Part shown: positions 25,587 to 36,919 of the stretch, piece by piece
How the letters are laid out: every line of letters starts with the position of its first letter
Numbering within the stretch: position 1 is the first letter of the stretch
Assembly (NCBI RefSeq): GCF_006345805.1
Contig: NW_021834453.1
Span: forward strand, 1 to 48,650
Source: Octopus sinensis
Taxonomy: Eukaryota
Direction of reading: 5' to 3'
DNA length: 48,650 bases
Notes under the pieces: model-generated
Seen by the model: only the letters and a program-made list of their open reading frames with translations
Told to the model about the DNA's origin: nothing
The model's database searches: none
Made by a program: the position numbers and the translations under genes

Positions 25587-25934
25587 GTATAGTGGTAGTG
25601 ACCCCCTTCGGTCAGACACTGACCATGGGTTTGCACCTAGAGAGTTACTCTCTGAGGCACAAGTCTGGGCAAGGTTGTTTCATGGAAGACCAGCAGTCGC
25701 CCATGCATACCGGCCTCCTCTCTCCACGTCACCGATGTTGTCCAAGGGAAAGGCAAGGGCCGATACAGCTTGGCACCTGTGACGTCGCAACTCATTTCTA
25801 CAGCTGAGTGAACTGGAGCAACGTGAAATAAAGTGTCTTGCTCAAGAACACAACACGCAGCCCGGTCCGGGATTCGAGCTCACAACCTCACGATCGTAAG
25901 CTCGGCGCTCTAACCACTGAGCCACGCGCCTTCA
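25587..25934 (-). mobile_element. tRNA + CORE-like SINE with an alternative 3' tail and 13-bp TSD
   Basis: Head and core nearly identical to 17522 but the tail is unrelated; TSD CATTCTTACGTTT at 25574-25586 and 25935-25947. Confidence 0.9.
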
Positions 25935-25989
25935 CATTCTTACGTTTAATATCTTCTTAAATACCTGTACGAGTGTAATTAATATTAGC

Positions 25990-26441
25990 TTTCAAAAACG
26001 GATTGGACTGGAAGTCAGCTAACTGCATTTCTAGATCTTTTAACTTATATCACCCTAAAGAATCTGATTTGAGATCCTTGAAATCTGTTTCACCCGGATG
26101 TTTTATGAATTGTATTGTTTTCTCAAACTCTCTGAATTGCACAGATCTAAAAGAAGGTAGAAGAAAAATTACTCAGTCACACTGCTTAGAACTTCGATAA
26201 AAGATTCACGATCAAACCACGTATCACATCAAAAGATTTCTCAAAAATCTTATAGCTTAGCATTATATTAATTCAGATCCAATGAAAAATCTATGAAAAA
26301 ACGATAACTTAAGCAATCCGTATAAAATCATGTAGCTGTGGAAAAATCATACTTCGTGCTTTCTCATCTAAAAATTTCTGATTTCACTTTAAACGCTTAA
26401 CAAAGCGTTGAAGTATTGGGTTTCAGGTAAATTCTTTTCTT

Positions 26442-26473
<32 letters not shown>

Positions 26474-27110
26474 TTTGAAGTAATTTTAATCCTTTCCAAT
26501 GTTATCTGAATTAACATGAAAAATATTTTTATTGGTTTTTTTTTAGGCTCTTGTCTTCTTCCTCTACAACTTTTGATTATCGTTTTTGAAATCTGAATAA
26601 ATTTTGTCTCTTTTCAGATATACGACTCAGAGCCAAGTAGAGAAAAATTTAACGAATTTATCCGGCAACCATGGCCACGATTCAGTCATCGTTCGTATAT
26701 TATTGCACGTTAGGAAGTCATTGAAAATTGATTGTTCTTAAGTAAGTTACATTCTCGTTTCTGAAGAATCCTGACAGCTTTTCAAATTGACAATCTTTTT
26801 CATAACAATTCTCACCAAATCATCGAAATCTTTAAAACCTAGTTTTGCACAGTGTACTTACTGATGTATTGTAAATGTGAAAGGAAACTATCCTCTAATA
26901 AGATGACTAACAGCTTCTGCAAATTAATTAAAACCGTAATGTAGTTTACCATATTAGGAATAGACCATAATGGCAAATCTATCTAGAACGAAATATTTTA
27001 ATAATATAGACTCGTATGACATTTTTGACGTGTTTTTGAGATAAATTCTTCAACTTAAATAATCAAATCTCCTTGAATAAAATCTCTGTGAATAATATTG
27101 AACAAAAATA
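25990..27110 (-). pseudogene. hAT transposase fossil (GTF2IRD2/EPM2AIP1-like)
   Basis: PNMV, TIHQ*VHCAK, KIVNL, LQKRE, NNIR, R*LNRG, QRFVK..EIRNFLDEK, FPQLHD, QFREFEKTIQFIK and DLEMQLADFQ; broken by many frameshifts and a 252-bp insert. Confidence 0.75.
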
Positions 27111-27129
27111 ATTTATTGAGCCTCTGACA

Positions 27130-27420
27130 GGAATTACAGCCGTGTTTCGTGGTCTGCTACCACAACAGCTCCTTTATAGGATCCAGTTAGCTCAAGAAAT
27201 CATCAGGAGGAACCACGTCCGGTTTCGGCCCCTACTCCTCTACCGTTTTGACTTGGCGCACCCCCCACCCCACTTTCGGAGGTGTCTTCAGCTCTGGTGT
27301 TGGGTGCATGACTTCTTTCTTCTTCTTTCTTCTGTTCCCTTGCCTATTCGATGTAGCGTCAACGAGTGTCAGCGGGCGACTCTAATTCCATTCCGGCATT
27401 ATGGGTCTCGTCTAGACAAA
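27130..27420 (-). mobile_element. GC-richer fragment, possibly LINE ORF1-derived
   Basis: Compositional island whose minus strand has the basic cluster RQGNRRKKKKE plus stops; no diagnostic motif. Confidence 0.3.
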
Positions 27421-27471
27421 TAAAAGTAATCTCAAAGTTCTTGAATTTGGTTTTATGTTAGCATTTATTTA

Positions 27472-27637
27472 TTGCATTTATTCACGTGTAATTCGCACCT
27501 TTAATTTAGTGATAAGTCTTAGTACAAAATTTTTCTCCTTCTTAGTTTTAGCTTCGCCTCATGTATAAGTCGCACCCACGTATTTTTCAGTTAATATCAA
27601 GTATAAACTAGTGCGACTTATACACGAGTAAATTCGG
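27472..27637. mobile_element. pogo/Tc2-type MITE with TA TSD
   Basis: Right end ..TATACACGAGTAAATTCGG|TA matches the left end ungapped at 21/29 including the TA, mostly by transitions; TA at 27470-27471 and 27638-27639. Confidence 0.75.
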
Positions 27638-28367
27638 TACATTCTGCGACAAATATCTGTTTTTCGACGAAAATCATATGTCTGAAACGTCATCGCTCAC
27701 ATCTTCCTTCGTCACTTGAATTCACCTTATGAATTTTAATATGGTTCAATTTATTGTATGTATTTATGAATTTATACGCTTCATGTATTTGCATGTATTT
27801 ATGCATATATATTTGTCTAAACGTTTATCAGTTACTGTATGAGAAAGAAAAAGAGAGAGAGAGAGAGAGAGAGTACATAAACACAAACACATACACACAT
27901 ATACACAAAGATACGTTTGCATTGATATACACACTGAAACTAAGCAGATGCATAACACCTATCAAGAGACAGTGTAATGCTAAGATAAAACAGAATCGCC
28001 ATTTCAAGAGATCATATGTTAACAGCCATCTCCACATAACATTGTTATTCTTTGAAGTTACTTAAAACATGTCGGGGAAAGGAAAAAAAAACAGCAACAA
28101 CAAAGAAACAAAAAATATTTAAAATAAAAACGTGTAGGAAAGTGCCAATTCTGTCCAGTAAAATTGTTTTATCAACGGGAAGATATTTTATATTCTTTTA
28201 TATCAAAGAATAAATTGACATCAGATCAAATGTCGATGTTTTGATAATGAATACGTGATAGAATTAGATATTGGTGTAGAAATATAGTGAGTTAGATGTT
28301 GGGAATAATAATGCCGGAATGGAATTAGAGTGAGTAACATGTAGAGGTTGCGTATGTTAGATGTTAA

Positions 28368-28568
28368 CCCTCTGTCTATCGTGTCTTTCATATATGACAC
28401 ACAGGGCATATTTCCCTGTCGTTCATGCATCATCTATGATGTGCATTTCCAATTTTTTTTCAGCCATCACAGTAACTCAGGACCTGTGAAAGGCAATCTT
28501 TATATTACCCAGAACGTATAAAATAAGGGGACGTTTAAGGCAAACATATGCTTTGGACAGGTAAAGGG
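28368..28568. mobile_element. piggyBac-type MITE
   Basis: TTAA TSD (28364-28367, 28569-28572), CCCT..AGGG termini; 13-bp TIR matching at 9/13, with all mismatches transitions. Confidence 0.72.
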
Positions 28569-28723
28569 TTAATGTTGTTTTTTTTGAGTGAGTTAGGTAT
28601 TGGAGGGAGTGCTTGAGTTGAGTTTGAGTGAGTTCGATGTTGGAGGGGATGTAAATGCTGAGTATTTAGGGAGTTTGATGTCGGCGGGAAAGCTGGAGTT
28701 GCGTGAATGAGAGTTAGATACTA

Positions 28724-29286
28724 TTGGGCTGTCCGGAAAGTTCGTGCCGATTTTTAAAGGAAAGAAAAAGGTCAATAAATACTTGCCATTACATTTTTAA
28801 TCAACCAAGTATGAACCATTTTGTTGCACTATGCGTCTCCATCTTTCCTTTAACTTGAAAATATCCTCTTCCCAGAATTGAGGTGGTTTCATGGCAAAGA
28901 ATTCATCAATGTATCTTTTTACGTCATCCAAGGAATTGAAATTTTTACCATTAAGACTATTCTGCCGTGATCTGAATAAGTGGAAATCCGAAGGAGCAAC
29001 ATCTGATGAATATGGAGGGTGGGATAACACATCCCAGCCGAGCTGCAGCAATTTTTGACTAGTTCCTAAAGCATCAAGTGCCGAAAATGAACTTTCTTAT
29101 CTTCCATTTTAAAGGGTTACAAAATTAACACAGGTTATAGGAACATAAACCTTCCACGAAAAGATAGCTTAAACTGTGCTGTAAATGGAAGTGTAGTGAA
29201 ATCCTATTTTATGGACTCAACCATGTTCTAAAATAAGTCAAAAGGTAAGCTACTATAAATCGGCACGAACTTTCCGGACAACCCAA
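28724..29286 (-). mobile_element. Internally deleted mariner with TIRs and TA TSD
   Basis: ~30-bp TIR TTGGGCTGTCCGGAAAGTTCGTGCCGATTT; N-terminal MEDKKVHFRHLML joined to C-terminal HPPYSSDVAPSDFHLFRS..KERWRRIV. Confidence 0.93.
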
Positions 29287-29326
29287 TAGAAAAGAAATGT
29301 TGGAGTTAAGCATGGAAGGGTTAGAT

Positions 29327-29556
29327 CAGTGGTTCTCAACCGGGGTCCACATGGCCCTTGGGGGTCCATATAATATTGTTTATACTTCTACAATACACAA
29401 AATGTTTTAATTTTTTTAATACAGTTCCTAATATTTAATCATAAGAATATTGTAAGTTTTTTTTATACATATCAAACAGCAATGAAGACCCAGTTTAGTA
29501 AAGTAAGAAACAAAGGGGTCCATAGACAAAAAAAAAAAAATGGTTGAGAACCACTA
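29327..29556. mobile_element. hAT (Charlie-type) MITE with 8-bp TSD
   Basis: TIR CAGTGGTTCTCAACC / GGTTGAGAACCACTA; TSD GGTTAGAT at 29319-29326 and 29557-29564. Confidence 0.93.
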
Positions 29557-30444
29557 GGTTAGATGTTGGAGTTGAGCTGGAGTTGAGTTTTAATGAGTTG
29601 CATGAGTTAGATGTTGGAGGAAATGTTTGAGTGAAGCTGGATGCTGGAGGAACTTTTGAAGTAGAGTCAGAGTAAATGAATTAATTACTGCAGGCGATGT
29701 TGGACAGAAGTCGAGGGAGCCGACTATTTTTAATGGGATCCACGCTATATTTTAAATATTATTATGGTTTTTTAGATTAATAGCAGCAAAGCAGATGATT
29801 ATAATATTCATTAATGAAGTAGACACCGTTTCACTAGATATAGAAGTGTCTTTGTAAAGTGTGTAATGATGTCACATGATTTATCTAACATCTTTATCTC
29901 CCCACCCACCCCTCTCTCGCTCGCTCTCATTCTTCATTATTGATTGAAATGATTTTGTATTAGCTGAAGATGAACAATGGTGGGAATCTAGTGAACAACG
30001 CACCGTCTAATCAACTCTATTATTAATTTGACTGTAAAGTCATGACACTGTATTTCTAGTTGATAACACCGATTTACAGCCCACCGACAGATATATCTTC
30101 GCAATTGTCATTTCCATGTTCCAAAATCTCTCTGCTTCCATGTCGTAAATGTATATTATAAATGAACATAAGGGAGGAGATATTTCATAAACTACTATGG
30201 AAATATACTACATGTTTACATCTATCCCACCAACCAACTGCTTGTTGTCATCTCTGTCTGAACGTTCTGTCACATTGTCTTTGGATAAAATCCGAAGAAT
30301 TCGAGACCGGACAGATACCGTAATCGGTAAATTCTATGCAATGTTATTATGTTTATCATTCTACATTCTGACTTCAAATCTCGTTTGGGTCAATTTTACT
30401 TTTTAAGTCAACAGGTTCAAGCGATATATATATATATTTATATA

Positions 30445-30654
30445 TATATATAAAGTTAATCCAAACAAGAAAGCACAGAAAAACACAACAACACGAGGAC
30501 GTGGAACAAATAAAGTATTATTGGACGCTCAGAGGAAAGAGGAAAGAAGGAGGATTTAACGTTTGGAGCGAGAGCTTCGTCGTCGGAAACATAGGAGAAG
30601 GAAAGATCCAGAGAAGGGAAGACAGAGGAAAAAAATCGCCAACCATATATATAT

Positions 30655-30713
<59 letters not shown>

Positions 30714-30763
30714 ATATATGAATAAATAAATGGAGTTTAAACGCATTTATATATAATTATATA

Positions 30764-30810
<47 letters not shown>

Positions 30811-31225
30811 TATATATAGGAGAAGAAAATGAATATGATAACAATGGATAATTCGTGGTTTTCGGTGGTATGCCTTTAACTTTAATTAGATAATAAAGAA
30901 GTAAGAAGCAGAGATGAAGGTAGCATTTACGATCGTTTCATTTTACTGGTTTAAGTAAATCTCTTCCGAATGCGAATAAAGATAGATGCATCGGTTAGGA
31001 TGCGAAAATAATTGATACTTATGTGATGCTAATATAAACAAAGGTAGTAAGTCTTACATTAAATTTTGTTCTTGCGCTGGTGAATTCGCTGGGTAGAGGT
31101 TTGATTGTGGTAGAACCTCCTGCTACCGTAAATCTTACAAAAGACTGTACACACCAAGATAATAACCAGGAGCGACTTTGGATTTAATTATCCCTTAGAA
31201 GTAGGAAACCCCTCTAACTGATACC
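30445..31225 (-). mobile_element. Probable Penelope-like element remnant (terminal-repeat region)
   Basis: Degenerate minimal hammerhead motif at 30590-30558; no RT or GIY-YIG peptide recognised, so the assignment rests on that motif. Confidence 0.5.
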
Positions 31226-31320
31226 TACACTGTATATATATATATATTTATATATATGTATGTATATATATGTATACATACATGTATATATTTATGCATA
31301 GATAATATACATGCATATAT

Positions 31321-31352
<32 letters not shown>

Positions 31353-31372
31353 TATATATATATATATATAAT

Positions 31373-31437
<65 letters not shown>

Positions 31438-31499
31438 TATATATAAGTTTCTTATCACATTTCAGTCGGGCCAGTTTTGTTGTTTATGAGATAGTTGGA

Positions 31500-31867
31500 G
31501 CTTTTTATGAGAGTAATTAATATTCATTGGACTTCGGTTTTCACACCTGGAACGGCATAATCACGGAAAATTAGGGGGACTGTGCACATGCCATTAGTCG
31601 GACAAAAAAGGATGCAGAAGAAAGTGAAAAACTGGAATTTGGCGGCAAAATAACTTATGGTTATAAGGGGTCGGTTTATCGATTTTTTTAATGGCTTTCT
31701 GGGGTGACTTGGGACATGGAAAGATCTTCACGAACACCCTTAGACAGTTTTGAAAGCCCATAGAAAATGTGAGCCTTTTACGTGAAAAACTATGGATTTG
31801 TATAACGGACACACAGACACAAAGATACATAGATACACAAACATTTTGCAGTTTATAGATATATAGA
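31500..31867 (+). mobile_element. Possible non-autonomous Helitron/Helentron-like element
   Basis: Ends CGGACACACAGACAC..TTTATAGATATATAGAT, resembling DINE/Lep1-type termini. Confidence 0.35.
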
Positions 31868-31985
31868 TTACCTCCGCCTTAGTGAAGGCGGAGGCAGTGT
31901 TTTCAGTTGTTTGTTTGCTTGTTTGTTCGTGTAAGTATCTTGGTACTTAGTTTATCGGCCTCCAAAAGGATCTCGGTGGGATTCG

Positions 31986-32026
<41 letters not shown>

Positions 32027-32110
32027 CACATATATATAGTCAACAGGTGAGATCCAGAGATTCAGAATATAGAAAACATCAGATCCCTATGTCTTTACAG
32101 GTGATCAATT
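31868..32110 (+). mobile_element. HINE-like element terminus
   Basis: TTA, then a perfect 10-bp hairpin CCTCCGCCTT-AGTG-AAGGCGGAGG (31871-31894), then GTTTTCAG(TTTG)n; the same family as 10612-11240 in the opposite orientation. Confidence 0.7.
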
Positions 32111-32689
32111 CCGCTGGGTAAAGAATGGTTATAAAAGGGATCAAGTCGAGCAGATATGGACGTAATTATACGGATAAAAAAGTTAGATATATTAAATATA
32201 ACAGTTTTGGTATGTATGTATGTATGTATGTATGTATGTATGTATGTATGTATGTATGTATGTATGTATGTATGTATACGACTGGCTTCTACCCTACTAA
32301 ATTAACTCGTGATGTATTGATCGGTGGGTCCAAGGTGCCGCGCAGTGTCACTGAACCCGAAACGTGTTGTCGGAAAACGAAAAGAGTTTCTTAACCACAT
32401 AAACATCCTTCTACCTATCAGCAAAAAAGAAATAAAAAGGCGGAGTAAATGGTCGGAGTGTAATAAGGGTAGTAGGGCAATATTGCTGTTTCGGGCTGAT
32501 CCTTAAAATATCATTGTGTGGGCCGGGGTTCGATAGAAAGTCAATGGTTTAATTGAATTAGTTTCTTTTCTCATTTATAATGATGATTGGGGAAAAGCCA
32601 ACTATTATAATGTCAAAAATAGATCGGTATCGCAAGGTAAGTGATTTTTTTCCCGAATATTCTGATATTCAGTAAAAATATGGTTAAGA

Positions 32690-33125
32690 GGAGAAGAGGA
32701 AGAGAAGGAAGATGATGAAGAAGAAAAATAGGAGGCGGAGGGGAAGGAGGAGGAGAAGGAGGAGGAGAAGGAGAAGATGATGAAATAGAAGGAATTGAGG
32801 ATGGAGAAAGAAGGAGAGGAAGAAGGAGTAGTAAAAGAAGACAGAAACGAAGAGACCAACCGAAGAAATAAGAAGACGACGACGACGAACGAATGAAGAA
32901 GAAGCTAAGAAGAAGATAAGAAGAAGAAGAAAAGAAAGAAGAAGAAAAGAGAAGGAGCGGAGAGAGGAGGAGGAAGAGGAAAAAGAAGAAAGAGAAGAAA
33001 AAGGAGAGGAGAAAGTCAAGTGAAGGACAAGGAAGATGAAGTAGGAGGAAAAGGAAAAGAAATAGGAGGCGGAGGAGGAGGAGAAGAAGAAGAAGAAGAA
33101 GAAGAAGAAGAAGAAGAAAATATAA
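32690..33125. repeat. Polypurine (GAA/GGA)n tract
   Basis: Directly visible; almost entirely purine on the + strand. Confidence 0.92.
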
Positions 33126-33269
33126 CAAAACACGCATACGGAAAAAACAAAAAAACAAATCAAAATAAAACAAAACAAAATAACAATAAAAAATACAAAG
33201 CGATTAAGAATCATTATTATATATTTTTGATGATCTCTAAGAACTATAATCGGTTTTGGTAAAAATAAT

Positions 33270-33345
33270 ATCATGATTGGTCTGACGAAGGAATATTGAC
33301 TTTACGTAATAAGATTTCCACTTCCGCTCTTGTCCTGATTGGTAA
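33270..33345. promoter_or_regulatory. Candidate promoter motif cluster (two ATTGG boxes, ETS core, TTACGTAA)
   Basis: ATTGG at 33276 and 33338, ACTTCCG at 33320-33326, TTACGTAA at 33302-33309; motif matches only. Confidence 0.3.
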
Positions 33346-33756
33346 TATAACTAAACTTTGCCAAACGTTCGTTCAATTACACCAGAAAAAAACTAACTGT
33401 ACTTGACGGTTAAAGAGCTACAGATCATTACTCCGGTAATGAATTCATTCTTTTTATTTAGCCTCAAATTAGTCTATAATTAGAGGATGTGTGTGTGTTG
33501 GAGTGTTATTAATCAACGATTTCATTAAACGATGGGAAATGGATGAAGTTGAAAGTTTTCTGAAGTTGGAGAAAGTTTAGACAAAGGCTTAAAAAAAAAG
33601 ACGAAGGCAAGAAAAAAATCTGGTTCCTTCGTCTCAGTTTCGAAACTAGATTTGGAATTTAACTTTTGCTTGTTTTAGGCATTGGACGGCGGCCATTCTG
33701 GGGCACCACCTTGAAGTATTTCAGTTAAATAAATCGATCTTACTACTTATAGATAC

Positions 33757-34375
33757 ATGGCTGTGTGGTAAGTAGCTTGCTTACCAACCACATGGCTCCG
33801 GGTTCAATCCCACTGCGTGGTACCTTGGGCAAGTGTCTTCTACTATAGTCTCGAGCCGACCAAAGTCTTTTGAGTGGATTTGGTAGAAGCGCGTCGTATA
33901 TATATATATATATATATATATAGGGAGAGTTCACGAAAAAAAAACAAAAGACGAAGACAGGTAGTGTATAAAACAAGTCCTCCAGAAACGTCTTTTACGT
34001 TTCGAGGCTACGCTCTTCTACCGAAAGGGACACAGAAAAAGACGAGAAGAGAAAAAAAAGTGAGAAAAAAGGAGAGAAAAAAGGAGAGAAAAAAAGGAAA
34101 GAAAAAAAGGAGAGAAAAGCGAGAAAAAATGTGTGTAGTGGCTACCGATCTATCATGGCGTGTGTGTGTGTGTGTGTGTGAGTGTTTGTCCTTCACCATT
34201 GCTTGACAACCGATGTTAGTGTGTTTACGTTCCCGTAAATTAGCGGTTCGGCAAAAGAGACCGATAGTATAAGTACTAGGCTTACAAAGAATAAGTCGTG
34301 GGGTCAATTTGTTCGACTAAATGCGGTTCTCCAGCATGGCGCCAGTCAAATGACTGAAACAAGTAAAAGAATATA
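33757..34375 (+). mobile_element. OK-like SINE with a Penelope-like fragment nested in its linker
   Basis: Head 33757-33900, foreign segment ~33925-34135, body and tail resume at ~34180-34375. Confidence 0.82.
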
Positions 34376-34437
34376 CATACATACATACATACATATATAC
34401 ATACATACACACATGCATACATACATACATACATACA

Positions 34438-34471
<34 letters not shown>

Positions 34472-34473
34472 CA

Positions 34474-34506
<33 letters not shown>

Positions 34507-34773
34507 GTAAACAGGAGAGGCAGAAACAAGGAAAATGCCACTTGTATTTGAACACTATGCAATGTAAAAAAGAAATGGAATGTTGAAACTATTTTTTCGT
34601 TTTCTGAAAAAGCAACGTTTTGGACACTTTTGCATAATAGAAACGATCTATACCCCGATTGAATACCAGGCCTAAAAGTAAGTACTGGGGACGATTTGGT
34701 CAACTGAACCCTTAGAGGCGGTGCCCCAGTATGGTAGAATGTCTAACGACTGAATCAAGTTAGAGATAAAGAG

Positions 34774-34784
34774 TGCGCATGCGC
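34774..34784. promoter_or_regulatory. NRF1/Ewg-type site TGCGCATGCGC
   Basis: Matches the consensus; lies in non-repeat, CpG-containing sequence. Confidence 0.35.
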
Positions 34785-35065
34785 GTTTATGCGTTGCGTG
34801 CTTTGCAATTCGCCGTTCCAAAGAGGAATTTGCTTCACCTTCTCGAAGTTTCGGAATTCGTGTGGCTTTAACAATGTATGTATATATGTATACACATTGA
34901 TACATAAAATTTATGTATATATGAAGCTATATGCATATGTATATATATATATATATACATACATACATACATACATTTATATATATATGTATGTATGTGT
35001 GTATGAGTGCATATATGTATGTATCTATGTATCTGTGTATATACACATACGCTGAAAAATAAAAT

Positions 35066-35100
<35 letters not shown>

Positions 35101-35229
35101 TATATATATATACACATACTCACACACACACGCAAATACACACACACACATGTATATATATTATGTAGACACATGTGTGTGTGTGTGTTTGTGTGTGTAT
35201 GTGTATGTGTTTGCGCGCGCGCACGTGTG

Positions 35230-35610
35230 TACCTATATAAGTACAGAGAGAAAGAGAAGCGGGAAGGAGATTTGGCAATGAGGAATTCTAGAAATCCTTG
35301 GAATTACGGAACTGTCAGAGAACAAACGAAGAAGTAGACGAGGGATGAAGATCATCAGATGTGGCAGCAGGTGGTGGAGTTGAAACGGAATTGGCAAATG
35401 AGGAACAGCGTTCATAGATTCGACGCGAAATGGCAATAGTCACACAAAAGGAAAGGATTACGGGGGGAGAGAACGAACGAACGAACGAACGTGTGAACGA
35501 GTTGGGAAGAATGAAAACGTGCCGTTGCGATAAGCAAAATATCAGGCGAAGATATGAGCAACTGTAATGAGTAAGGGGAATTGGAGACGTGTGAGAATGG
35601 AGAATGTTTC
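35230..35610 (+). other. Candidate first (5'UTR) exon of a host transcript
   Basis: Unique, CpG-containing, GA-rich stretch ending at the donor TTC|GTAAGT (35611). Confidence 0.3.
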
Positions 35611-36060
35611 GTAAGTTGATCCGGTGGATTAGTCCAAGTTACTATATGCATTGTCTCTGCTACTCTGTCAGGAATATGTAGTATTCTTCAAACGTTAATA
35701 TTGTTTTACTCACCTACGTTTGCCTCGAAATGATTAGATCTTTGCACATGCGACCCGACCGCCAATGTTAGTGTCTATAGCATTGTTTTACTCCAGGATT
35801 CTTGAATAATTTACATGTAAAGCATGAGAGAAATGCGCAGAATGTGGCAGCTTATTTATTTTTAGATTGATTTCTTTATTGTATTTGGTTTATATTATTG
35901 GCATTATTCAATTTGATTCTCTGGACAGTATTGCGTGAGAGGATGTGAATGTATGTGTTTAGGCGCGTGTGTGTTTGTGTGTGTTAATCCACATGAGTAA
36001 ACACATGCAACATGAATATATAATATATTACATATATATATTATATAATATATATATATA

Positions 36061-36096
<36 letters not shown>

Positions 36097-36099
36097 AGA

Positions 36100-36415
36100 T
36101 AGGCGCAAGAGTGGTTGTGTGGTAAGTAGCTTGCTTACCAACCACATGGTTCCCGGGTTCAGTCCCACTGCGTGGCACCCTGGGCAAGTGTCTTCTACTA
36201 TAGCCTCGGGCCGACTAAAGCCTTGTGAATGGATTTGGTTGACGGAAACTGAAAGAAGCCCGTCGTATATATGTATATATGTGTGTGTTGTGTTTGTGTG
36301 TCTGTCTTTGTCCTCCCTCCACCAACATCGCTTGACAACCGATGCTGGTGTGTTTACGTCCCCGTAACTTAGCGGTTCGGCAAAAGTGATCGATAGAATA
36401 AGTGCTAGGCTTTCA
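36100..36415 (+). mobile_element. OK-like SINE
   Basis: Head, body and partial tail match 5762. Confidence 0.9.
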
Positions 36416-36760
36416 GAGTTAATTCATAAGAACCTTCTCTTCATCAGTGATAAATGCGGCAAAGAAATAAATGAAATACTTACTTATACCCATGGAAGAA
36501 GCAAACACTAAGTCATGAGCACAATTAAGTACCCAAAATATATCCAAAATAGAGGTTCTTATGAATTAACTCTGAAATCGAGTCCGATATGGTAATAACG
36601 GAATTTTTTTAGAAATTTCTGTTGGCTTTCTTCGAGACACGTACTTTTAGTGATAAATTATATGGTTATTGACGAAGTGTCTATTTTCGGCATATTTGGC
36701 ATTACAAATTTTTTTTCTTTTGCCCTTTTTATAAATTATATATGTATATATATATATATA

Positions 36761-36799
<39 letters not shown>

Positions 36800-36919
36800 G
36801 CATACATACATACATACATACATCACATACTAGCACACAACGCACACACCACGCAAACCACACACACACACACCCCACAACACACCACACACACACACAC
36901 ACCTATATATATATATATA

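Larger units (their letters stand above)
28255..29720. repeat. Degenerate GAGTTAGATGTTGG minisatellite, interrupted by three DNA transposons
   Basis: The motif recurs at ~28265, 28290, 28355, 28590, 28630, 28710, 29320, 29560 and 29605. Confidence 0.7.

Noticed and set aside
27660-27695. Hammerhead-like CGACGA..GAAACGTC
   Set aside because: Helix I and helix II cannot pair.
28255-29720. Spaced repeats superficially like a CRISPR array
   Set aside because: Eukaryotic context, degenerate units of irregular spacing, intervening pieces are transposons, and no cas genes.
33282-33300. CTGACGA start of a possible hammerhead
   Set aside because: No helix II or GAAA follows.
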